Shown here: piece after piece, positions 1 to 7,548 of the stretch
Position numbering within the stretch: position 1 is the stretch's first letter
Layout: the number at the start of each line of letters is the position of its first letter
NCBI GenBank assembly: GCA_965369655.1
Contig: CBDUQR010000061.1
Coordinates: 1 to 12,233 of the forward strand
DNA from: an uncultured bacterium
GTDB lineage: Bacteria > Zixibacteria > MSB-5A5 > JAABVY01 > JAHJOQ01
Reading direction: 5' to 3'
Length of the DNA: 12,233 nt
Position numbers and translations under genes: made by a program
The notes under the pieces: generated by a model
Databases searched by the model: none
What the model was told of the DNA's origin: nothing
The model's input: the letters and a program-made list of their open reading frames with translations, nothing else

Positions 1-371
1 CCGGTGTGCCGACTGAATTCGTGCTCACAGAACCGCGACCTGCTCCGGCGCAGCCTGCCCAGGCAGTGCCGGTTGCTGCCGCACCTGCTGAAACTGCTAC
101 AGAATCTCCCGAGAAATCCGACGATAGATATGTAGAGATCAAATCGCCGATGGTCGGGACGTTTTATACGTCACCCGAACCGAATGCACCGCCGTACGTT
201 GATGTCGGGCAGGTCATTTCTGTCGGACAGGTGGTCTGCGTCGTCGAGGCGATGAAGCTCATGAATGAAATCGAGTCGGAGATCGAAGGGAAGATCGTTA
301 AGCGTCCGGTCGAGAACGCACAGCCGATTGAATTCGGCCAGACACTCTTCTTAGTCGAACCGCTCGGATAA
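1..371 (+). CDS. accB: Acetyl-CoA carboxylase biotin carboxyl carrier protein (5'-truncated by window edge)
   Basis: Pro/Ala-rich linker followed by the biotinyl domain: IKSPMVGTFY...P, the biotinylation motif EAMKLMNE and C-terminal QPIEFGQTLF. The frame is open to the window start and the N-terminal domain is missing, so the true start lies upstream. Confidence 0.97.
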   Translation, partial: GVPTEFVLTEPRPAPAQPAQAVPVAAAPAETATESPEKSDDRYVEIKSPMVGTFYTSPEPNAPPYVDVGQVISVGQVVCVVEAMKLMNEIESEIEGKIVKRPVENAQPIEFGQTLFLVEPLG

Positions 372-397
372 TATCCTCAGAACCGAGGAGGCCGATC

Positions 398-1507
398 ATG
401 AATCTGCGCCAGATGCTGGTGGAGATGCTCTCTAAAGGTGCGTCCGACATCCACCTCCGCGTTGGAATCAGACCGACTATGCGCCTTAACGGTGCACTGA
501 TGCCGTTAGACGCCAATCCCATGACAAAGGAGCAGATGTCCGAAGCGCTGAATCAGATACTGAGTTCTGAGCAACTCAGAAGGTTTCAGCAGAGAAACGA
601 AATGGACCTGGCGCTTTCAGTCGCCAAGCTTGGACGGTTTCGGATAAATCTCTATCGTCAGCGCGGCACACCCGGAGTCGCCATTCGTGCGGTCAACACT
701 TCTGTTCCCACATTCGATGAGTTGAGGCTTCCGGAAGTGGTCAGGAAGATTTCCGGCAAACGGCACGGACTGGTCATTGTCACAGGGACCACCGGATCGG
801 GTAAGTCGACAACGCTGGCGTCTATGATCGAGCATATCAACGAGACCAGGAGCGAGAATGTCCTGACGATCGAAGATCCGATCGAGTTCATATTCAGGGA
901 CAAGAAGAGTGTAATCGCCCAGCGCGAGGTAGGCGGGGACACTCCATCGTTCTCGTCCGCACTCAGACATGCTTTCCGGCAGGATCCCGACATTATTATG
1001 ATCGGTGAGATTCGTGACAAGGACACGCTAGAGACCGCACTTGCCGCCGCGGATACGGGACACCTCGTGCTGACCACTCTCCACACGCTAAACGCGCTGG
1101 AGACCATATCCAGGATTATCTCGTTCTTTCCGCCGCATCAGCACAAGCAGATCAGGCTGCTGCTGGCGGGTACTCTCGAGGCGATCATCTGTCAGCGATT
1201 ACTCGCAAGGTCGGACAGCCCGGGCCGTGTGCCTGCGGTCGAGGTGCTGATCGGCACCGCATCGGTCCGCGAGTATATCATCGACGAGACCAAAACGCCG
1301 GAGATAATCGAGCTGATCGAATCGGGCAATGTGCAGTATGGCATGCAGTCGTTCGATCAGTCTATTATGATGCTCTATAGACAGGGCATTATCGCATATG
1401 AAATAGCTATGCAGCAGGCTACGAATCCGGACGACTTCGATCTGCGCCTGCGCGGTATCACAGGCTCGTCCGACAGAAGCTGGTCTGAGTTCAGCGACGT
1501 CAGCTAA
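398..1507 (+). CDS. pilT: PilT/PilU-family type IV pilus retraction ATPase
   Basis: N-terminal GASDIHL, GRFRINLYRQRG, Walker A GTTGSGKST, Asp box TIEDPIEF, Walker B RQDPDIIMIGEIRD, His box TGHLVLTTLHT and C-terminal GMQSFDQS. It lacks the long N-terminal domain and Zn-tetracysteine of PilB/GspE. SD GAGGAGG at 385-391. Confidence 0.92.
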   Translation: MNLRQMLVEMLSKGASDIHLRVGIRPTMRLNGALMPLDANPMTKEQMSEALNQILSSEQLRRFQQRNEMDLALSVAKLGRFRINLYRQRGTPGVAIRAVNTSVPTFDELRLPEVVRKISGKRHGLVIVTGTTGSGKSTTLASMIEHINETRSENVLTIEDPIEFIFRDKKSVIAQREVGGDTPSFSSALRHAFRQDPDIIMIGEIRDKDTLETALAAADTGHLVLTTLHTLNALETISRIISFFPPHQHKQIRLLLAGTLEAIICQRLLARSDSPGRVPAVEVLIGTASVREYIIDETKTPEIIELIESGNVQYGMQSFDQSIMMLYRQGIIAYEIAMQQATNPDDFDLRLRGITGSSDRSWSEFSDVS

Positions 1508-1543
1508 CTGCTGGAACGAGGCTGCTATCTGACTACAATCTTT

Positions 1544-1591
1544 GCCCGGTTCGGCCGTTATGACTGATGAAAGCGGCCAGCCGGGCTTTTT
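1544..1591 (+). terminator. Probable intrinsic terminator after pilT
   Basis: GCCCGGTT-C-GGCCGTT (1544-1559) pairs with AGCGGCC-AGCCGGGC (1572-1586), with one bulge and G-U pairs, and is followed directly by TTTTT (1587-1591). Confidence 0.65.
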
Positions 1592-1595
1592 CCGC

Positions 1596-1625
1596 TTGCC
1601 AAGTCTGAATCACTTTCAGTATCTT
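1596..1625 (+). promoter_or_regulatory. Putative sigma70-type promoter for accC-gcv genes (leaderless transcript)
   Basis: TTGCCA (1596-1601), an 18-nt spacer and TATCTT (1620-1625). The accC ATG follows 6 nt later and has no SD-like sequence upstream. Confidence 0.6.
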
Positions 1626-1631
1626 CACCGC

Positions 1632-3017
1632 ATGTTCAATAAGGTGTTGATTGCAAACAGGGGAGAGATCGCGCTCAGGGTAATACGAGCCTGTCGTGAT
1701 CTCGGGATCAGAACTGTTGCGGTGTATTCTGAAGCCGACCGTGATTCGCTGCACAGGAGATTCGCAGATGAGGACGTCTGCATCGGCCCTCCACACTCCT
1801 CTCAGAGTTATCTCGAACCGAAGAGGATCATTGCTGCGGCTGAGGTCACCAACGCCGACGCGATCCACCCTGGATACGGATTCCTCGCAGAGAATGCCGA
1901 GTTCGCCGACATATGCTCATCATGCGAAATCAAGTTCATCGGTCCTCCATCGGATGTAATACGCAGGATGGGGGATAAGGCGGCGGCCAAGCAACTCATG
2001 AGGGATGCCGGTGTTCCTGTCGTCCCAGGTTCTGAAGGCGGAGTCGAGACGCTCGAAGAGGCGTTGAAAGTCGCTGATGAGATCGGCTATCCTGTCATAA
2101 TAAAGGCTTCGGCAGGTGGTGGCGGGCGAGGAATGCGCGTCGCCAATAGTGAATCCGAGATGCAGTCTGCTTTCAGAACGGCGAGGATGGAAGCCGAGGT
2201 GGCGTTCAAGAATCCGGAAGTCTACATAGAGAGATACATAGGACGTCCTCGTCACATTGAAGTGCAGATTCTTGCCGATGAGCACGGCAATATTGTCCAT
2301 TTGGGAGAGCGCGACTGCACTGTGCAGCGTCGTCATCAGAAGCTGATAGAGGAGTCGCCGTCACCCGCGCTGACAGCGGAAATGCGAGCCGGTATCGGCG
2401 ATGCGGCCGTGCGCGGAGCCGTGAGGGCGGGATATCAGAATGCCGGAACGATTGAGTTTCTTCTCGATGAGGACGGCAGCTTCTATTTCATGGAGATGAA
2501 TACGCGCATCCAGGTCGAGCATCCGGTCACTGAGGAGGTGACCGACATTGACTTAATTCGCGAGCAGCTCAGGGTCGCATCGGGTTTGCCGCTCGACTTC
2601 GATCAAACGGATATCGTAATCAGGGGGCATTCGATGGAATGCCGCATAAACGCAGAAGATCCGGAGCATGACTTCAGGCCTTCACCGGGTCAGATAACGA
2701 CGTTTCATGTGCCGGGCGGTCACAGGGTGCGGGTGGATACACATGCGTATGCCAAGTATGTGATCCCTGCGTTTTACGATTCGATGATCGCCAAGCTTAT
2801 CACGCATGGAAAAACTCGCGAAGAGGCGATAATGCGAATGCAGGGAGCGCTCGAAGAATTTGTCATCGAGGGTGTGAAGACAACGATTGGTTTTCACAAG
2901 CGGGTCTTCAGCGATCCCGTATTTCAAAGCGCAAATTACGACACTACTTTCGTAGACAGGTTCATGGCGGGCGAAACCGCTGAAGTTCAGCCTGAGAACG
3001 CGAAAGCATCAACATAG
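1632..3017 (+). CDS. accC: Acetyl-CoA carboxylase biotin carboxylase subunit
   Basis: The canonical N-terminus [14 protein letters not shown] begins at ATG 1632, so the ORF-track start at 1542 is overextended. Also [59 protein letters not shown] and YDSMIAKL. Confidence 0.98.
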   Translation: MFNKVLIANRGEIALRVIRACRDLGIRTVAVYSEADRDSLHRRFADEDVCIGPPHSSQSYLEPKRIIAAAEVTNADAIHPGYGFLAENAEFADICSSCEIKFIGPPSDVIRRMGDKAAAKQLMRDAGVPVVPGSEGGVETLEEALKVADEIGYPVIIKASAGGGGRGMRVANSESEMQSAFRTARMEAEVAFKNPEVYIERYIGRPRHIEVQILADEHGNIVHLGERDCTVQRRHQKLIEESPSPALTAEMRAGIGDAAVRGAVRAGYQNAGTIEFLLDEDGSFYFMEMNTRIQVEHPVTEEVTDIDLIREQLRVASGLPLDFDQTDIVIRGHSMECRINAEDPEHDFRPSPGQITTFHVPGGHRVRVDTHAYAKYVIPAFYDSMIAKLITHGKTREEAIMRMQGALEEFVIEGVKTTIGFHKRVFSDPVFQSANYDTTFVDRFMAGETAEVQPENAKAST

Positions 3018-3030
3018 GATTGGAGGCGAA

Positions 3031-3411
3031 ATGGATACGCCTGAGGAACTGAAATATTCGAAAGATCACGAATGGATACGGGTCGAGGGAGATGTCTGCA
3101 CTATCGGTATTACCGATTATGCGCAGGGGGAGCTTGGAGATGTGGTCTATGTCGAGATGCCGGAGACAGGCTCATCGATCAGCAAGGGCGAATCATTCGG
3201 CACGATCGAAGCCGTCAAGGCTGTCTCGGAGGTTTATAGCCCCGTCTCGGGAGAAGTAGTCGAGATCAACGATAAACTCGAAGGCGAACCGGCTCTCGTC
3301 AACCAGTCGCCTTACGGTGACGGCTGGATGATAAAACTGAAACTGACCAATCCGGACGAATTATCCGACCTGATGGATGCGGCGGCATACAAGGAGATGA
3401 TAGGGGAATAG
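3031..3411 (+). CDS. gcvH: Glycine cleavage system H protein
   Basis: LKYSKDHEW, IGITDYAQGELGDVVYVE, lipoyl-lysine motif EAVKAVSE and VNQSPYGDGWM. SD GGAGG precedes the start. Confidence 0.98.
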   Translation: MDTPEELKYSKDHEWIRVEGDVCTIGITDYAQGELGDVVYVEMPETGSSISKGESFGTIEAVKAVSEVYSPVSGEVVEINDKLEGEPALVNQSPYGDGWMIKLKLTNPDELSDLMDAAAYKEMIGE

Positions 3412-3412
3412 T

Positions 3413-4771
3413 ATGGGATTTGTCCCCAACACAAAGGGTGAACGCGATGAAATGCTCCGTGAGATCGGCGTCTCATCTTTCGATGATCTTCTCGCCGCGA
3501 TTCCGGAACATCTGAAGCTGACACGAGGACTCGATCTGCCCGCGCCGATGTCGGAGTGGGAAGTGTACAGGCATCTCTCAGGGCTTGCATCGAAAAATGT
3601 GAATACCGAGAACTTTGACGTCTATCTCGGTGGCGGCATCTACGATCATTATGTCCCGGCTGTCGTGGATTCGATCATATCGCGACCTGAGTTTGCGACC
3701 GCGTATACACCATATCAGGCTGAAGTCTCTCAGGGTACTCTGCAGAGCATCTACGAATTCCAAAGCATGATCGCCCGGCTGACCGCGATGGATGTCGCGA
3801 ATGCCTCGATGTACGACGGTGCTTCGGCAACCGCCGAGGCTGTTCTCCTGTCGCTCGCGCACACGAAGAAGCGAAAGGCGCTTATTTCGTCAGGACTCAA
3901 TCCGCTCTATCGTGAAGTCGTGAGTACCTACGTGTCCGGGATGGATATTGAATTAGTCGAGATTCCCGATGCCTCGGGTCTGCTGGATCGGGGAGCGCTC
4001 AGCGACGCTCTCGATGATTCAGTCGGCTGCGTCGTTATTCAATCTCCCAATTTCTATGGTCTCATCGAGGACCTCGATGGTCTCAAGCAGATGCTGGGAA
4101 AGAGCCTGCTTATATGCGTGACGAATCCGATTTCACTCGGAGTTCTCAAGCCGCCGGGAGTGTTCGATGTCGACATCTGCGTCGGTGAGGCGCAATGTCT
4201 CGGCAACCCGATGTCATACGGGGGCCCCGGTCTGGGTATCTTTGCCACGAAAAAGGAACTCGTGCGAAAGATCCCGGGGAGACTCGTGGCGCGCACGACC
4301 GATATAGAGGGAAAGATCGGATATGTGCTGACCCTTCAGACTCGCGAGCAGCACATCAGGCGCGACAAAGCGACATCGAACATCTGCACGAACCAGGCGC
4401 TCTGCGCACTGGCGAGCACTGTATATCTCAGCCTGCTCGGCAAAGCGGGTATCGTCGAGATCGGTGAGACGTGTGTCCGAAGCGCACACTACCTTGCCGA
4501 CAGGATCGTCTCGATCGATGGATACTCCATGCCGTACCCCGGTTCGTTCTTCAACGAATTCGTGATCAGGACGCCCATCCCGGCTCGTGAACTGACGGAA
4601 CGACTTGAAGCCGACAGGATACTTGCGGGTATACCGCTCGAGTGGTTCTATCCGGAACGCAGGAATGATCTCCTGATCGCCGTAACTGAGAAACGAACTC
4701 GATCTGATCTCGATCGTTTCGTCGATGCGCTGTCGGGAGTTGTGGCGACAAGAAAGGTAGCTGTCGACTGA
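3413..4771 (+). CDS. gcvPA: Glycine dehydrogenase (decarboxylating) subunit 1
   Basis: YLGGGIYDHYVP, EFATAYTPYQAEVSQGTLQ, ANASMYDGASA, YGGPGLG and LTLQTREQHIRRDKATSNICTNQAL. At 452 aa it fits the split P-protein alpha subunit. Confidence 0.97.
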   Translation: MGFVPNTKGERDEMLREIGVSSFDDLLAAIPEHLKLTRGLDLPAPMSEWEVYRHLSGLASKNVNTENFDVYLGGGIYDHYVPAVVDSIISRPEFATAYTPYQAEVSQGTLQSIYEFQSMIARLTAMDVANASMYDGASATAEAVLLSLAHTKKRKALISSGLNPLYREVVSTYVSGMDIELVEIPDASGLLDRGALSDALDDSVGCVVIQSPNFYGLIEDLDGLKQMLGKSLLICVTNPISLGVLKPPGVFDVDICVGEAQCLGNPMSYGGPGLGIFATKKELVRKIPGRLVARTTDIEGKIGYVLTLQTREQHIRRDKATSNICTNQALCALASTVYLSLLGKAGIVEIGETCVRSAHYLADRIVSIDGYSMPYPGSFFNEFVIRTPIPARELTERLEADRILAGIPLEWFYPERRNDLLIAVTEKRTRSDLDRFVDALSGVVATRKVAVD

Positions 4772-5166
4772 TGCCGCACTGCACGAACTGCAATTGTGAT
4801 TTCGATGATACCGTAGCTGCCTGTCCATACTGCGGCTCCGATCTCATCGATGATCGTCCAAGTGACGAACTGCATGACTCCGATTCGGATGAATCCATTT
4901 CGGAAGGCGACGAGATCGACATGGACAGCGCAGTGCTTCTCTATAAATCATATTCAAGACTGAACACGGATTTCCTCGTTGAAACGCTGAAGTCCGCCCA
5001 GATACCCTGCTTCTGCAAGATAATTGGCGGGCTATTCGGTCGCGGTATGCTAGGATCGGTCGGGCTGTTCGGTACCGAAGCGGTCGACGCCGAAATATAT
5101 GTTCCGGAAGAATACGAGGAAGAGGCACTGGAGATTCGCAGGCAGACAGTCGGCGACGAAGAGTAA
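4771..5166 (+). CDS. Zinc-ribbon plus DUF2007-like (putative signal-transducing) small acidic protein
   Basis: N-terminal CTNC-x10-CPYC ribbon and an acidic linker, then LVETLKSAQIPC...AEIYVPEEYEEEALEI, which matches my recollection of the DUF2007 pattern (L..aGI......i.V..ed.e.A..i). The start overlaps the gcvPA stop (TGATG). Confidence 0.7.
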   Translation: MPHCTNCNCDFDDTVAACPYCGSDLIDDRPSDELHDSDSDESISEGDEIDMDSAVLLYKSYSRLNTDFLVETLKSAQIPCFCKIIGGLFGRGMLGSVGLFGTEAVDAEIYVPEEYEEEALEIRRQTVGDEE

Positions 5167-5174
5167 AGGAGCTT

Positions 5175-6035
5175 ATGGTGAAAAGACTCACACTGTCAGC
5201 GATACTCATGTTGTTGTCAGTCTCGCTGGTCCGGGCGGACGAAGCTGAGGGTACCGATTCACTGTACATAGAATGGGCTGAGAGCTTTGCCGATGCACAG
5301 GCTCTGGGAATGTCCGAGAATCGAGTAATCCTTCTCGATTTCTACAACGACCGGTGTGTATGGTGCAAACGCTTGGATAGCGTTACGTTTGTTGATCCCG
5401 CAGTTGCGGCGATTTCGAAGAGTATAGTCTTCAGCAAGTTCGATGCCGATAAGGACACGATCCTCGCTAAGATTTATGGCGTTGCAGGTTATCCGACAAT
5501 GGTTCTAATCAAACCGAATGGGACCGAACTCGACAGGCTCGTTGGTTTCTATCCGCCGGAAGAATTCGTGCCGGCGCTGTTTGATATTATGCAGAACAGA
5601 AACACTCTCGACGATTATCTGACGCGTCTGACTAACCATCCGGACAGCCATGCTCTTCGGATTGAGGTTGCGGAGAAGTATCAGTACCGCTCTATGAATG
5701 TTCCGGCGACAATGCACTACGATTATATCATCCTCGATGACCCTGAGAATCTGCAGGGGTTTTCTGACAACTCGATGCTTGCGCTGGGTCGAATGAAACT
5801 GAAGGCTGAGCGCTATTCCGATGCCATCGATATGTTCGAGAAACTACAGGATCGATATCCCGACAGTGAGTTGTTTGAAGAGGCGAATGTCTATGTCCCG
5901 TATACCTACATGAAGGCGGGCGAAGACAAGAAGGCCATCGAGTATTTCGAGGTATTCAAGACGGAGTTTCCTGAGTCTGAAGATATCGAATGGGTAGACA
6001 AAAGCATTGCAGAGATCAAGGAAGGAAAGAAGTAA
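5175..6035 (+). CDS. Secreted thioredoxin-fold (CxxC) protein with C-terminal TPR repeats
   Basis: Sec-type signal peptide (MVKRLTLSAILMLLSVSLVRA|D), thioredoxin-like ILLDFYNDRCVWCKRLD, cis-Pro loop YGVAGYPTMVLI and RLVGF. C-terminal TPR-like helices resemble YbgF/BamD (YSDAIDMFEKLQDRYPDS, KKAIEYFEVFKTEFPES). Confidence 0.8.
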   Translation: MVKRLTLSAILMLLSVSLVRADEAEGTDSLYIEWAESFADAQALGMSENRVILLDFYNDRCVWCKRLDSVTFVDPAVAAISKSIVFSKFDADKDTILAKIYGVAGYPTMVLIKPNGTELDRLVGFYPPEEFVPALFDIMQNRNTLDDYLTRLTNHPDSHALRIEVAEKYQYRSMNVPATMHYDYIILDDPENLQGFSDNSMLALGRMKLKAERYSDAIDMFEKLQDRYPDSELFEEANVYVPYTYMKAGEDKKAIEYFEVFKTEFPESEDIEWVDKSIAEIKEGKK

Positions 6036-6038
6036 TCT

Positions 6039-7508
6039 ATGGCATCTGTGCCCTCTGATGAACTGAATATATTCGAGAGGTCTCGTCGCGGCAGGAGGGG
6101 GTTTTCTCTTCCGAATACCAGAATCGATGCGAAACCGCTTGATACTCTAATAGACACACGATTTCTGCGGGACGATCCACCAGAGCTCCCGGAAGTTCCG
6201 GAGAGTGAGGTTGTCAGACACTTTATTAGTCTCTCGGTCAGGAATCATCATATCGACAAGGGATTCTATCCGCTCGGATCATGCACGATGAAATACAATC
6301 CGAAGATCAACGAGCGGACCTGCCGGCTGGCCGGATTTTCGTGCGCGCATCCATTCCAGAGCGATACGACCGCACAGGGCGCACTCGAACTGATGTTTGC
6401 GACGTCTGAGTATCTGTCTGAAATTGCCGGGATGCACACTGTCTCGTTGCAGCCTGTGGCCGGTGCGCAGGGGGAGTTCTGCGGCCTTTTGATCACGAGG
6501 AAATACCACGAGAAGCAGGGCAGGCAACGCAAGTATGTGATACTTCCTGACTCGTCTCATGGCACGAATCCGGCGTCGGTCATACTTGCTGGTTATCAGG
6601 TGAAGCAGGTGAAGTCATCAGCTAATGGAACTCTTTCCGCAAATGATCTTCGCGGAGTTGTCGACGAGGATACCGCAGCGGTGATGCTGACGAATCCGAA
6701 TACGCTCGGGCTTTTTGAGACAGAGATCGAAGAGATCGCGAAAATCGTTCATGATGCGGGTGCGCTGCTCTACATGGACGGCGCAAACCTGAATGCTCAG
6801 CTCGGAATTGTCAGACCGGGTGACCTCGGATTCGACATCGTGCATTTCAATCTGCACAAGACATTCTCGTCACTTCACGGTGGCGGCGGTCCTGGATCCG
6901 GTCCGGTCGGCGTGACTGAAGCGCTGGAACCGTTTCTCCCGCTCCCGGTCGTAGCGAGAGATCGCAGTCGGGAATCGTTCTATCTGAGCTACGATCGTCC
7001 CGATTCCATCGGCAAGCTGCACGCGTTCTATGGTAATTTCGGGGTGGTGGTGCGGGCATGCACATATATACTCATGAATGGCGCCGAAGGTCTGCGCGAA
7101 GTTTCCGAATCGGCGATTGTCAATGCCAACTATCTGAAGGAAAAACTCAAGGACAAGTTCGACCTGCCGTACCCGCAGCACTGCATGCATGAGTTTGTGC
7201 TCTCAGGCAACAGCCAGAAGAAACGCGGCATACGGACAGTCGATATGGCGAAGAGAATGCTCGACTTCGGCGTACATGCCCCAACATGCTATTTCCCGCT
7301 CATCGTTCCCGAGGCGATGATGATCGAGCCGACGGATACCGAGACCAGGGAAACGCTCGACAGGTTTGTCGAGATAATGATGCAGATAGACCGCGAGGTG
7401 GACGAGAATCCGCAAGCTCTCAAAGACGCTCCGCAGAACACGCCGGTCAGGAGACTCGACGAGCGGAAAGCTGCAACTGAGCTGGATGTTGTCTGGCGTT
7501 CTGATTGA
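6039..7508 (+). CDS. gcvPB: Glycine dehydrogenase (decarboxylating) subunit 2, PLP-binding
   Basis: FYPLGSCTMKYNPK, SLQPVAGAQGE, SHGTNPAS, MLTNPNTLGLFE, YMDGANLNA, PLP-lysine motif HFNLHKTF..HGGGGPG, CMHEFV and PVRRLDE. Confidence 0.97.
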   Translation: MASVPSDELNIFERSRRGRRGFSLPNTRIDAKPLDTLIDTRFLRDDPPELPEVPESEVVRHFISLSVRNHHIDKGFYPLGSCTMKYNPKINERTCRLAGFSCAHPFQSDTTAQGALELMFATSEYLSEIAGMHTVSLQPVAGAQGEFCGLLITRKYHEKQGRQRKYVILPDSSHGTNPASVILAGYQVKQVKSSANGTLSANDLRGVVDEDTAAVMLTNPNTLGLFETEIEEIAKIVHDAGALLYMDGANLNAQLGIVRPGDLGFDIVHFNLHKTFSSLHGGGGPGSGPVGVTEALEPFLPLPVVARDRSRESFYLSYDRPDSIGKLHAFYGNFGVVVRACTYILMNGAEGLREVSESAIVNANYLKEKLKDKFDLPYPQHCMHEFVLSGNSQKKRGIRTVDMAKRMLDFGVHAPTCYFPLIVPEAMMIEPTDTETRETLDRFVEIMMQIDREVDENPQALKDAPQNTPVRRLDERKAATELDVVWRSD

Positions 7509-7548
7509 AGCAGTGTGCCGTTATTTCGAGCGACCACTATATCTCGCT

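Noticed and set aside
1564..1574. CTGATGA followed by AAGC in the hairpin loop resembles the hammerhead ribozyme core (CUGAUGA...GAAA) or a C/D-box K-loop
   Set aside because: There is no stem II between CUGAUGA and a separate GAAA, and no three-way junction. The region is explained as a simple terminator hairpin.
1542..1631. 30-aa N-terminal extension of AccC in the ORF track
   Set aside because: It runs through the terminator and promoter, and the conserved AccC N-terminus starts at ATG 1632.
3018..3030. Glycine riboswitch expected upstream of gcv genes
   Set aside because: Only 13 nt separate accC and gcvH, and I see no glycine aptamer motifs in the 1508-1631 spacer.
5340..5370. Possible selenocysteine in the thioredoxin active site
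   Set aside because: Both Cys codons are ordinary (TGT, TGC) and there is no in-frame TGA.
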